A DNA stretch of 64,000 bases, taken from the human T2T-CHM13v2.0 reference genome, Homo sapiens. Below, one piece after another: positions 45,031-62,847 of this stretch; positions within the stretch are counted from its first letter, which is position 1, and each line of letters begins with the position of its first letter. The stretch lies in the NCBI RefSeq assembly GCF_009914755.1, contig NC_060925.1; one strand, written 5' to 3'. Made by a program: the position numbers and the translations under genes. The notes under the pieces were generated by a model, which worked only from the letters and a program-made list of their open reading frames with translations, was not told where the DNA came from and did not search any database.

Positions 45031-46161
45031 ATTAATAATACCAGACAAGATAGGCGAAAACAAAACAAAACAAAACACACACAAAAAGACTGTTACAAAA
45101 CACAAAGAAGGACATTATGTAATAATAAAAAGTAAAATCATGAAGAAGATGTGACAAATGTAAGCACATATATGTTAGAGACAGACTCAAAATTTGAAGC
45201 AAACATTTATAGAATTGAAGAAGGAAACATACTACTGTCCAGTACTAGTTAAGACTTCAATTCCCCACTTTCAATAATGAATAGAACTTCTAAACAGAAA
45301 ATGAATTAAAAATAGAGGACTTGAGGACTGGAACAATAGCATAAACCATCAATACCTAAAGTACACAAACAAATACACACACACTCATCAGTCTGCCCTA
45401 CAATAGCACAATAAACATTTTTCTCAAAAACACATGTAATATTCTTCAAGATAAACTATATGTTAGTCCATGAAATGTCTCAATAAATTAAAAATGTTTT
45501 AATGCATACAATTTGATAACCACAATGAAATGAAGCTGGAAATCAATAACAGAAGGAATAATAAAAAATTTCCAAATATTTGAAAATTAAGCAACACACT
45601 ATGATATGGTTTGGCTCTCTGTTCCCACTCAAATCTCATCTCAAACCGTAATCCCCACGTGTTGAGGAAGGGACCTTGTGGGAGGTAACTGTGATATAGG
45701 AGTTAAAAAGTAATCACTTAGGCAGATAGCAAGGGTATGGGAGTTCTCAGTGAGCCATGTTTAAACCAGTTTTCTTTCATGGAGGACTTAGACATCATGT
45801 GGTACTGGAAGAAGTCCTGGGACAACTGAGGATTTCCAATCAGGGCTACCCCTCGGTATTATCCAAAGGCTTCTGTACTTATCCCAGCCTCCAATGGCCC
45901 CAGTGCGGTGTTGGCAATGGGCTCTCCAACTTTCCTTTTGTAATTTCTTCCTTACCTGTCCAGGGCCATCGTATTTCTCATCCTTTCTATGTATTCAATG
46001 TGTGGGAAGTTTTACAGTTCGGGGACATAATCTTGTTTGGCAAGATTAAGAAATGTTGTACTAACCAGGGATATAGCTCAAGAGAAGGTGTCTGTGATTT
46101 TCTAGGAACAGAGTCCACCCCCGCTCCCAAACCAACCAAAGAGAGCATTTCTCTCTCTCAG

Positions 46162-46323
46162 CCCTTGGTCTGGAGAACACATGATACATCCAGGTCTCTC
46201 TCTGCCATTGGCTTGGAGAGCATATGGCATTTCCAGGTCTCTTTCTGACCTTGGCCCGGAGAGCATATGGCATGTCAAGGTCACTCTGCCCTTGGTCTAG
46301 AGAGCACATGGTATTTCAAGGTC
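46162..46323 (+). repeat. ~43-bp tandem repeat x4 in the ERV leader
   Basis: Units resemble ccttggtctggagagcacatggcatttccaggtctctctctg. Confidence 0.85.
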
Positions 46324-46490
46324 AACAGCACCACCTAGTGGAATAGGGATCCTCTCCATGAGGCACATTGTCGGTCCTTCACTGAAACATGGTAGCCTCC
46401 CGATTCTCTCCCCTTTTTGTGGCTATTAAAAGCTAGGCTACATGCTGCTTCTGTAAATAGGAAAATTCTGCCTTCAGCAATTAGGGCTAA

Positions 46491-46843
<353 letters not shown>

Positions 46844-47351
46844 CCGTACGTTCTTTTGAGGCACCTATTCGACCTCCAATTAGAGTGGTACTTCATTAGT
46901 AAGGGGATTTGAAGTTCGGGAGTTAACCAAAACCATTCTCTAAGGGTAAACGCTTCAGCACTGGTCATAATAGCAGGATACAGAGTTCAACCTAGCATGC
47001 TGTCTCCATTAAAGGGGCCTTGCCCCTAAAAACTATTACATAGTTTTTCCTGAGATCCATTTTTCAGAGAGACAGGCAGGTCACACAAGTCTAGGAAGTC
47101 AAAAGGAAATCATAAGCAGTGGACTAGAGCCACTTGGGTGGGCGTGAATAACCCCAATTGCTTAGTTTCTCTGGTTCTATGGCTGGAGGTCACGCCTACA
47201 ACCAGGGGTGGAACATTCAACAAGGTGCCAGGACCCAGGAACCACAGAGGGAAAAGAGCAAGAAGAACATTTCCACTGCCTTCCTCTCCACCCTGGCTCA
47301 CACCACAAGGAAGGAGACTAAAGGGGCCCCTTTTTCTCACTTCTCTTTATC

Positions 47352-49620
47352 AGGCTATAGATACCTGGGTATGGTGAGATAGCTCATCCTCTGTATCACC
47401 TCATAAGACAGACTCAAGCAGCTAAATCTCATCTCTTAACCTGGAAACCTGAAGCTCAAAAGGCCTGGAACCAGCTAAAGCAGGCCCTAGTAAAGGCACT
47501 GGCTCTCAGCCTCCCTGTAGGAAGGGCCTTCAATCTGTATGCATCAGAAAGGAAGGGAATGGCCTTGGGAGTCTTAACACAGGCCTGAAGACCAGCTCAA
47601 CAGCCTATGAGTAACCTGAGTAAGAAACAAGATTTGGGACTAAAGGATGGCCAGCATTGCCACCGTGGCCCTACTAGTCCCAAAAGCCTTCAATTAACCC
47701 AGGAAAATGACTTAACTGTTTATACTCCGCATAATGTGGTGGGATTACTGTCCTCTAAGAGAAGCCTTTGGTTAACAGACAGTCGGCTCCTTAAATATCA
47801 AGTTCTGCTGTTAGAAGTTTTCACCATCCAGTTAAAGACTTACTCTTGCTTAAGCCCAGCCACTTTCCTCCCTGAGGGAATGGGGGAACTAGAACATGAA
47901 CAAGCTGTGGTACAGACCTATGCAGCCAGGGAAGATCTCCGGAAAACCCCTAGAGAATTGAGACTGGACCCTCTTCACAGATGGAAGCTCCTTTGTAGAG
48001 CAAGGAGTCTGTGAAGCAGGATATGCAGTGGTCACTCTGAATGATGTTACTGAAAGTGTGTCTCTCTCTCCAGGCACACGCTTTTAAATAGCTGAACTGA
48101 CAACCCTTACAAGAGCTCTTGAGTGAAGCAAGGGAAAGGTAGCTAACATTTACACTGACTCCAAGTATGCTTTCCTAGTTCTCCATGCTCATGCTGCCAT
48201 TTGGAAAGAAAGACACTTTCTTACTGCCAATCGATCTCCTATAAAATACCATCAGGAAATTAACAGGTTTTTATCCTCAGTTTTCCTTCCATGAGAGGTA
48301 GCAGTGATGCATTGTAAGGGATATCAGAAGGGAGTGGATGAAATAACTGAAGGAAACAAGCTAGCTGATCAGGCAGCCAAGTCAGCAGCAAGAAAGCTTC
48401 ATGGCATCAAAATGCTTGAAGCCTCTCTAACTTGGGAAGGCTCTATAAGAGAAATCAAGCCTCAGTATTCCCATGCAGAAATGGAGTGGGCCACTTCTCG
48501 AGGGGACACCTTCCAGCCCTCAGGAGGGCTGCAATCAGAGGATGGCAAGCTCCACTTGCCAGGCTGCAGCCAATAGAAAGTCCTTAAAATCCTTCACCGA
48601 GCTTTTCACTTGGGAAAGGATAAAACTTTCAATGTTCTCAGAGATTGTTTTCAGGAGAGACCTTACTAACAACAAAATGGGTTGTTAATGCTTGTGAAGT
48701 CTGTCTTAAAAATAATTCCCTGAACAGGCAGCTTTTTCCTCCTCAAACCCAAAGGATGGGAAGCTCTCCAAGGGAGGACTGGCAGATTGGCTTCATCCAC
48801 ATTCCAAAGACGAAGGCCATTCAGTACCTCCTGGTATGGGTAGATACTTTCACTAACTGGGTAGTAGCATTTCCATGCCTTACAGAGAAGTCCTCTGAGG
48901 TAGTAAAGGTGTTAGTTAATGAAATTATTCCCCCTTTTGGTCTACCTAAGTACCTCCAAAGTGACAATAGCCCCTAATTTAAGGCAGCCATCACACAGGG
49001 GTTCTCAAAGGCACTAGGCATACAGTATCATCTCCATTGCACCTGGAGACCCTAGTCTTCAGGAAAGATAGAGAAGACAAATGATATCATCAAAAGACAT
49101 CTCAGGAAACTGTCCTAAGAAACTCACTCTCCTTGGGTTACTTTTCTTTCCACGGCTTTACTGCCGGTAAGAAACACCCCTTCCAAGTTAGGTCTAAGCC
49201 CTTTTGAGACGCGTACAGACAGCCTTTTCTCATCAATGATTTCTTAATAGACAAAGAGACCTCTGAATTGGTTAAGCATGTAACCCCTCTGGCTTGCTTT
49301 CAACAGGAATTAACTCAACTAGCAGAAACCCAACCCCAAGAAGTAGGACCACCTTTATTTAACCCAGGATATTTGGTATTTGTAAAAGCTCTCCCTTCTC
49401 TCTCTCCTTCCCTAAGCCCAAGCTGGGAAGGGAATTAAATCATTCTCCTTTCAACCCCCTTAGCAGTAAAAGTTCCAGGTATCAATTCCTGGATGTATCA
49501 ACTCAAGTCAAAGCCTGGAAAGCTGAGTGAGCAACCCCTGACAGCCCAGAGGAACATCCTGGATACCAATGTGAAGAAATAGGAGACCTTAAGCTGAAAA
49601 TCATGAAAGATAAGCAAATG
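47352..49620 (+). pseudogene. pol: ERV pol remnant: RT thumb/connection, RNase H and integrase
   Basis: IPGYGEIA, FTDGSSF, YTDSKYAF, HCKGYQ, GNKLADQAAK, CEVC and LQSDN, with stops and frameshifts. Confidence 0.92.
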
Positions 49621-49755
49621 AGCAAGAGCTATTTATTCTACTCAGTTCCACCTCTACCATTTAGTTATTTCTATTTTTTTCTCAAGATTTACTGTCAAAT
49701 ACTGGAGCTTCTTTTTGACACAAAATTGTAGGGATAATAGTTACAAGAAGGGAAC

Positions 49756-51600
49756 ATGAAAATTTTATTATCACTGAGTCTGCTAGGACTTGTTATTGGG
49801 TTTAATGATACAGCACATTCTTTAGCTCCTCCAGTATCAACCATGGCCCACTTGTACAACAAGACTAATTTCTGGGTCTGTTCTGAGCAGTTTGCTCAGT
49901 TCAGTAAAAATAAGAAACTTCTCAATAACCCAGAACTTACTGTCTTAGGATTCTCTTTGTTAGCCTAACCTTTGACCCTTAAAGACTTATCAGGCATAAA
50001 TTGGATATAGTATGGGAACACTTTCAACTGGGTAACTAACTCCTCTCAGGAAAACATTCTGCCTCCAGAACCAAATAACACTTTCCCCACAGATAAGCTT
50101 CACAACCTCTGGCTGGGAAAAGCTGACCAGGTAATAGCAAATGCCTCCCACTGCTTTAAAAGCAGTGGGGAAGGACATTATTGGGGAGATCTCAAATATT
50201 GTAACATCACACTTGCAATTTCTGATAGTTCAAGTATTTGGAAAGTCACAGGTTCCCAAGAAAGTGTAATAAGCATGATCTAATAAATCAGAAGCCCTTT
50301 TGGGGGGTTCTCAGAATATAGCCTCTCCTTCTGCTTGAAAATCCTGATGGGAATAGCATGCTCTAAGTAACCGCCTTTACTATAATGTAAAGAATAACAT
50401 ATAGGCCTTTCCAAACATGCCCTCACATGGAATTCCAGACCCTTGTATGATGTTTGCTAATAGTAGCAGCCTACAAATCTGTGGGCAAAGTGGAGTTGTC
50501 TGGACAAACAGCCCTTGCCACGAGGATCATCTGAGATATTGGCCAGGGCATATTATGTCCCTAATATTTTTAAACTCCATTTTTCAGGTGGACCCTTCTC
50601 ATTTAGCATGTAAGATTCAAAATGGCGTTGTGAATGACTATATGGATATCCCTATCCTAAAGATGCTCCTATTATATGTAAGGGGGTAAGGCTCCTAAGA
50701 TATGAGAAAGATCTGTGTGTGCCCTTCAAAGGTCACAACTTAGAACCACCCTTTCAAGGGACAGGACTATATTTCCTTTGTGGCTCCTGGCTACACTTAA
50801 TTCTCCCTAGGTACTGGAAAGGAACCTGCACTATAGTAGCAGTGATCCCCAACCTATTATTTTTAAATTCCACTGACATGACCACATCATTTGGGGACAT
50901 CCCTAACCTAGGTTCCTTTTTAGAAATTGCATTATCTCGGAGAGGCCAAACAAAAAGATCCATCATTTCCATGCCCTCATATGGAGATTTAACTGAAAGA
51001 GAAGATTTGGGAGGGCAAGAACTTGACAATCCCATCTTAGAAAACCATGGCTGGGGACTTCTATAAACAGAGACCTCTTCTGGTTTGCTGGTATTCCTCT
51101 CCTTGAAAGGTCAGTACTTAATATTTCCATTTGGATGCAATGAGGATGCAAGGCAGCAGTTGGAACCTTAGAAGCACAACAACGATCCATGGATTCCTTA
51201 GCCTCAGTAGTAGCACAGAATAGGTGGGCCCAAGGTGTCCTTACAGCTGAGGTAGAGGGTACCTGTGCAGTCTTAAATGAAATATGCTGCTTCTGGATCA
51301 ACACTTCTAGTCAAGTAGAAGAAAACCTACAGGTCCTTAAAGATCAAGTGAAAATCATTGACAGATTAAGAGAAAATGCAGGCTCCACACCTGGATGGCT
51401 ACAATCCTTTTTAAATGAATTTCAGTCTTATTTGTGGAACTGGTTAGCTCCAGTATTAAGTCCTCTCTTGCTCATATGTTTTATATTAATAATTGGACTT
51501 TATCTACTCAATACTATAACTTGAATTATTTCCTCTCACCTAGAAGCAATCACACTCCAAATGGTGCTGCACACCAAACCACACATGGACAGGACTTTCT
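49756..51600 (+). pseudogene. env: ERV env remnant (gamma-type)
   Basis: Signal peptide MKILLSLSLLGLVIG, TNFWVC, QTKR cleavage-like site, ISD-like QNRWAQGVL, CX6CC and a TM helix; frame is broken. Confidence 0.9.
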
Positions 51601-53214
51601 TTTGAGGACCCTTAGATCCACCACAGGAGGAGCCCTAGCTGCTGTTCCTCACCTGATGCCCCTTTTCAGTAGGAAGTAGCCAGAAAGAGTAATCACCCAA
51701 CACCCCCTAAGAGGAGTTAGGGTTAGCACTCCAGAATGAGGGGTGATATAGGAGTTAATAAGAAATCACTTAGGCAGACAGCAAGGTTATAGGAGTCCTC
51801 AGTAAGGTTTTTCTTTTTAATTAAAAGCAGCCCCAAATCATTTTCTAACAAAAAGCAGCTTGTAAAGTTGAGCTGCAGGCATAGACAAGCAAGCTGGGAG
51901 CTTGCATGGGTGAATGTTGGCAGGAACTAAGGGCTAGGCATGTTCCCTTCTCTGCTAGCCACCTGTACTGTAAGGAGCAGACAACATGGCGCTGATCAAC
52001 TGGAAAACCCATTTTCATAATAAGATTAGGGTGGGTCAAGCAGCCTTTTCCGTGTACTATCTAAATATCATACCTGATTGAACCAAGCTTTGAGCCCTAT
52101 GTAAATCAAGCACCACATCCTCAAACCAAACTACAACATTCGGCACATTCACCTCCTGCTAGTCTTTTTTGCTTGGAGACCCCTTCTTCCACAGAGGAAG
52201 CTATTTCTCTTTCTTTTCTTTTCTACCTATTAAACCTCCGCTCCTAAACTCATGTGTGTCTGTGTCCTAAATTTTTCTGGCGTGTGACAGTGTACCCCAG
52301 GTATATACTCCAGACATCATAGCTATTTCAATTGGATCAAGGGAGCAGTTTCCCCCATGCTGTTCTCATGATAGTGAGTTATCATGAGATCTGACGGTTT
52401 TATAAGGGACTCTTCCCCCTTTGCCCTCTATTCTCTCTTTCCTGCCATCCTATGAAGAAGGTACTTGTTTTTCCTTCGCTTTCTGCCCTGAATGTAAGTT
52501 TGCTGAGGCCTCCCCTGCCATGAAGAACTATGAGTCAATTTAACCTTTTTTCCTTATAAATTGTCCAGTCTTTGATACGTCTTCATAGCAGTGTGAGAAC
52601 AATCTAATACACACTCTTGAATTCAAAGATTAATCACAAGGGAAATTAGAATATACTCAGAGATTAATGGAAATGAAAACATGACAAAACTTATGAGTTG
52701 TAAAGAGACTAGTGCTCAGAAGAAAATCTATTACTGTAAATACCTACATTAAAAAAAAAAGAAATTTCAAATCAGTAATTTAACCTTATCCTAAGGAAAC
52801 TAGAAAAAAAGAGCAAGTTAAATTCTAGTTTACCAGATGAAAGAAGTAAGATATTAGAGAAGATAGAGAAAATAAAGTAGAGAAAAATGATTCAGAAAAT
52901 CAATAAAAGCAAATGTTAGATTTTGAGAAGATCCACTAAATTGATAAACTTTTAGCTATACTGAGAAATAAAAAATAAAGATGTAAATAACTAAAATTAC
53001 ACATGAAGGTAGAGATGTTACTAATGACTTTACAGAAATGAAAAGAATTGAAAAAGACTACTAAGACCAATTCTGTGCCAACATATTAGATAAAATAGAT
53101 CAAATGGACAAGTTCCTAAAACACACATAGTATCGAAACTTAAGAAGAAATAAAAAATATTAACCGACCTACAACAAAGAGATTGAATTAATAATTAAAA
53201 ATCAGTAATTAGAC

Positions 53215-53499
53215 ACACGCCTATAATCCCAGCACTTTGGGAGGCTGAGGTGGGCAGACAGATCATGAGGTCAGGAGTTTGAGACCAGCCTGACCAACAT
53301 GGTGAAACCCTGTCTCTACTAAAAATACAGAAATTAGCCAGGCATGGTGGCAGGCACCTCTAATCCCAGCTACTCAGGAGGCTGAGGCAGGAGAATCACT
53401 TGAACCTGGGAGGCAGAGGCTGCAGTGAGCCAAGCTTGTGCCACTGCACTCCAGTGTGGGCGACAGAGCAAGACTCAATCTCAAAAAAAAAAAAAAAAA
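53215..53499 (+). mobile_element. AluS, slightly 5'-truncated
   Basis: Alu dimer with poly-A. Confidence 0.92.
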
Positions 53500-53739
53500 G
53501 TTTCCAATTCACGAAAGGTCAGAATCAGATTACTTCATAGTTGAATCATATCAGACATTTAAAACAGAAATCCATCTCAAAGTTGTCCAAAAAAATTGAA
53601 CAGGAGGGTAACTTACTAAATTTATTTTATTAGACCAATATTCTCTGATTCCAAAGTTAGACAAAGACTTTATAAGAAACAACAACAAACTACAGAGTAA
53701 TATCTTTTATGAAGATATATGCAAAAAGAGAATATTAGA

Positions 53740-54763
53740 GGGGTGGAGACAAGATGGCCGAATAGGAACAGCTAGAGCCTACAGCTCCCAGCATGAGTGA
53801 TGCAGAAGATGGGTGATTTCTGCATTTCCAACTGAGGTACCGGGTTCATCTCACTGGGGAGTGCCGGACAGTGGGTGCAGGACAGTGGGTGCAGCGCACC
53901 ATGCATGAGCCGAAGCAGGGCAAGGCATCACCTCACCCAGGAAGCGCAAGGGGTCAGGGAATTCCCTTTCCTAGTCAAAGAAAGGGGTGACAGATGGCAC
54001 CTGGAAAATCAGGTCACTCCCACCCTAATACTGTGCTTTTCCAACGGGCTTAACAAACTGCAAACCAGGAGATTATATCCCGCACCTGGCTCAGAGGGTC
54101 CTCAGCCCACGGAGCCTCCCTCACTGCTAGCACAGCAGTCTGAGATCAAACTGCAAGGCGGCAGCGAGGCTGCGGGAGGGGCGCCCGCCATTGCTCAGGC
54201 TTGAGTAGGTAAACAAAGTGGCCAGGAAGCTCGAACTGGGTGGAGCCCACCACAGCTCAAGGAGGCCTGCCTGCCTCTGTAGGCTCCACCTCTGGGGGCA
54301 GGGCACAGACAAAAGACAACAATAACCCCTGCAGACTTAAATGTCCCTGTCTGACAGCTTTGAAGAGAGTAGTGGTTTTCCCAGCACGCAGATTGAAATC
54401 TGAGAATGGGCAGACTGCCTCCTCAAGTGGGACCCTGACTCCCGAGTAGCCTAAGGGGGGGGGGCACCCACAGTAGGGGCGGAATGACACCTCACACGGC
54501 CAGGTACTCCTCTGCGACAAAACTTCCAGAGGAACGATCAGGCAGCAGCATTTGCGGCTCACCAATATCCGCTGTTCTCCAGCCACCGCTGCTGATACCC
54601 AGGCAAACAGGGTCTGGAGGGGACCTCCAGCAAACTCCAACAGACCTGAAGCTAAGGGTCCTGAATGTTAGAAGGAAAACTGACAAACAGAAAGGACATC
54701 CACACCAAAAACCCATCTGTACGTCACCATCATCAAAGACCAAAGGTAGATAAAACCACAAAG
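53740..54763 (+). promoter_or_regulatory. L1 5'UTR internal sense/antisense promoter with intact YY1 site
   Basis: caagatggcc at 53750-53759; the 1024-bp UTR retains the ~129-bp segment lost in younger L1s. Confidence 0.85.
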
Positions 54764-55780
54764 ATGGGGAAAAAACAGAGCAGAAAAACTGGAAACTCCA
54801 AATATCAGAGCACCTCTCCTCCTCCAAAGCAATGCAGCTCCTCACGAGCAATGGAACAAAGCTGGATGGAGAATGACTTTGACGAGTTGAGAGAGGAAGG
54901 CTTCAGAAGATCAAACTACCCTGAGCTAAAGGAGGAAGTTCAAACCAATGGCAAAGAAGTTAAAAACTTTGAAAAAAAATTGGACAAATGGATAACTAGA
55001 ATAACCAACGCAGAGAAGTCCTTAAAGGACCTGATGGAGCTGAAAACCATGGTACGAGAACTACAGGATGAATGCACAAGCCTCAGTAACCGATGCGATC
55101 AACTGAAAGAAAGGGTATCAGCAATGGAAGACGAAATGAATGAAATGAAGCATGAAGAGAAGTTTAGAGAGAAGAGAATAAAAAGAAATGAACAAAGCCT
55201 CCAAGAAATATGGGACTATGTGAAAAGACCAAATCTACGTCTGATTGGTGTACCTGAAAGTGACAGGGAGAATGGAACCAAGTTGGAAAACACTCTGCAG
55301 GATATTATCCAGAAGAACTTCCCCAATCTAGCAAGGCAAGCAAACATTCAAATTCAGGAAATACAGAGAATGCCACCAAGATACTCCTCGAGAAGAGCAA
55401 CTCCAAGACACATAATTGTCAGATTCACCAAAGTTGAAATGAAGGAAAAAATGTTAAGGGCCGCCAGAGAGAAAGGTCGGGTTACCCATAAAGGGAAGCC
55501 CATCAGACTAACAGCTGATCTCTTGGCAGAAACTCAACAAGCCAGAAGAGAGTGGGGGCCAATATTCAACATTCTTAAAGAAAAGAATTATCAACCCAGA
55601 ATTTCATATCCAGCCAAACTAAGCTTCATAAGTGAAGGAGAAATAAAATACTTTACAGACAAGCAAATGCTGAGAGATTTTGTCACCACCAGGCCTGCCC
55701 TAAAAGAGCTCCTGAAGGAAGCACTAAACATGGAAAGGAACAACTGGTACCAGCCACTGCAAAAACATGCCAAATTGTAA
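54764..55780 (+). CDS. LINE-1 ORF1p, intact 338 aa
   Basis: MGKKQSRK...QKHAKL*; REKG, ARR and YPAKLS motifs retained. Confidence 0.93.
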   Translation: MGKKQSRKTGNSKYQSTSPPPKQCSSSRAMEQSWMENDFDELREEGFRRSNYPELKEEVQTNGKEVKNFEKKLDKWITRITNAEKSLKDLMELKTMVRELQDECTSLSNRCDQLKERVSAMEDEMNEMKHEEKFREKRIKRNEQSLQEIWDYVKRPNLRLIGVPESDRENGTKLENTLQDIIQKNFPNLARQANIQIQEIQRMPPRYSSRRATPRHIIVRFTKVEMKEKMLRAAREKGRVTHKGKPIRLTADLLAETQQARREWGPIFNILKEKNYQPRISYPAKLSFISEGEIKYFTDKQMLRDFVTTRPALKELLKEALNMERNNWYQPLQKHAKL

Positions 55781-55843
55781 AGACCATCGAGACTAGGAAG
55801 AAACTGCATCAACTAACAAGCAAAATAACAAGCTAACATCAGA

Positions 55844-59670
<3,827 letters not shown>

Positions 59671-61694
59671 AAAGAGAACACATAGACACAGGAAGGGGAA
59701 CATCACCCACGGGGGGACTGTTGTCGGGTGGGGAAGGGGGGAGGAATAGCATTAGAAGATATACCTAATGCTAAATGAAGAGTTAATGGGTGCAGCACAC
59801 CAATATGGCACAGGTATACATATGTAACAAACCTGCACGTTGTGCACATGTACCCTAAAACTTATAGTATAATAATAATAAAAAAAGAGAATATTAGAAT
59901 GACCAAAAAGCATCTGAGAAAAATATTTATCATTTTAGTCATTATAAAATGAAAGCAATTTCAAACTACAATATCACAATTCCATCTTCAGGAGGGCAAT
60001 CATTAATATTGATGGTGGTAGTAACTGGACGGAGATACAAATGAGTATGCTGGGATGCTGATAATAGTACACTTGCTTAACTAGGCTCTGATTATATGGG
60101 TGAATGAGTTCATTTTGTAAAAACACATTGAGCTGTATAATTATGATTTGGGTATTTTTCTGTGTTATACTATACTATTTCAATAAATGACAAAACATTC
60201 AAAAACTAAAAAATGAATTGGATAATTAAATAGAAAACATTTTTATTTTGTCTTTATACTCATATTTGCATTTTTCTTTAATCTTGGGTTTTTAAAGCTG
60301 TGTTATAATATTGCTACAACACATTTATACTACTGAAGACACACTCCTTTTTCAGTGCTGTTATGGGAATACTTTTCTACTTAAAATACATCTTTTATTA
60401 TTTCAAGGAATGTTGGGCTAATGAAGGTCTTGCTGAAATAGTCTATTTTTATCAAATAATATTACTTCTCAGAGTTAAAAAATAGTGAAATAAAATAATT
60501 GTATACCAAATTTTTATTAATACCTAATGATGCATTTTATTTATCGCTGTCTTCCAAGAGCATAAGGCTTAAGAGATGTGAGGATAAGATTTTTATTGAA
60601 GATATTTACAAATTTGTTAATTTACTTTTTCCCCCTGCATACCTACAAAGAGTAAATTTCTTCCTTTTTCCGAGGTCACACATTTTTCACTAATTCTGTT
60701 TTCTGATATTTTTTATTTTTACCACCTGAGGGAAACTTTCTTATGGATTAAAAAGACTCTTCCTCCTGATCTGTAACATTTAGGGAAGGACAAAGGAAGA
60801 AAGGTTCAAGAGATGGTAATATTTTTCTTATATCAGGCATGAGTATACTATTTCTGTTCCATCGAGAGCACTCCAAACAAGCTTTCATTTTGGTACCATA
60901 GTTTTTTTTAATTGTTATTCGATATTTTCACAAGCAGTTATGTTTCCTCTATAATAATCATTAACTGATAATAATGAATTGGTTAATTAGTTCACTATTC
61001 TAGAATATAACTAAGCATAATTTATTCGTTAACTTTGCATATGATCACTAACAAAAAACCTAGATCTCATTGGATAAAATAATTAATCATAGGATAGTTA
61101 TAATTTCATAGCTGGAGGTTAAATTACACTTAATTTAGTAATAAAGTTAGAGTGTAATTAAAGTAGCCTGAAGAATTTCTTCAATATTAAATTATTTCTT
61201 CCAATTTAGTACTACTGGAATAAACCACAGTGTTAAGACAGTGGAAAAATACAACATTGAGTCCTTCTCTGCTGATTACCACAGTCACAGTCTCACAATG
61301 GTCTTCCATCATTAGTAGAAGAGGCAATAAAAAGGGTAATCTAGGAAATTTACTCTACTAGGAGTTGGATTAATTGAAGGAATTTGACATTCATCTATAA
61401 AATTGTCACAGAGGTCTTTTTGTTTGTTTTGGGGGATCCAAAATTGGAGAGGAACACTCAAAAGCATTCACTAAGATTAGTTGCGTCTTTAGTCTTTGAG
61501 ATATGGGATGTATAATGAATGTAGATCTTTCGTCTGTGGGACATCAACAGAAGAGAGGCGGCAAAATGTAGAGGTATCTAATACCTATTAAAAATTCAAT
61601 AGAATGTCAAAATAGAAGTACTATAGTTGAAAAAAATAAATAAATGAGGTGAATTAATAAAAGATATTACCAATGGAAAAAGGCTTTAAAGGGA

Positions 61695-62847
<1,153 letters not shown>

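Noticed and set aside
46162-46323. CRISPR-like array
   Set aside because: The units are contiguous with no unique spacers, there are no cas genes, and the context is a eukaryotic ERV.
54127-54312. 61-aa antisense ORF as L1 ORF0
   Set aside because: Wrong frame; true ORF0 starts at 54191 (MAGAPP...) and stops at codon 30.
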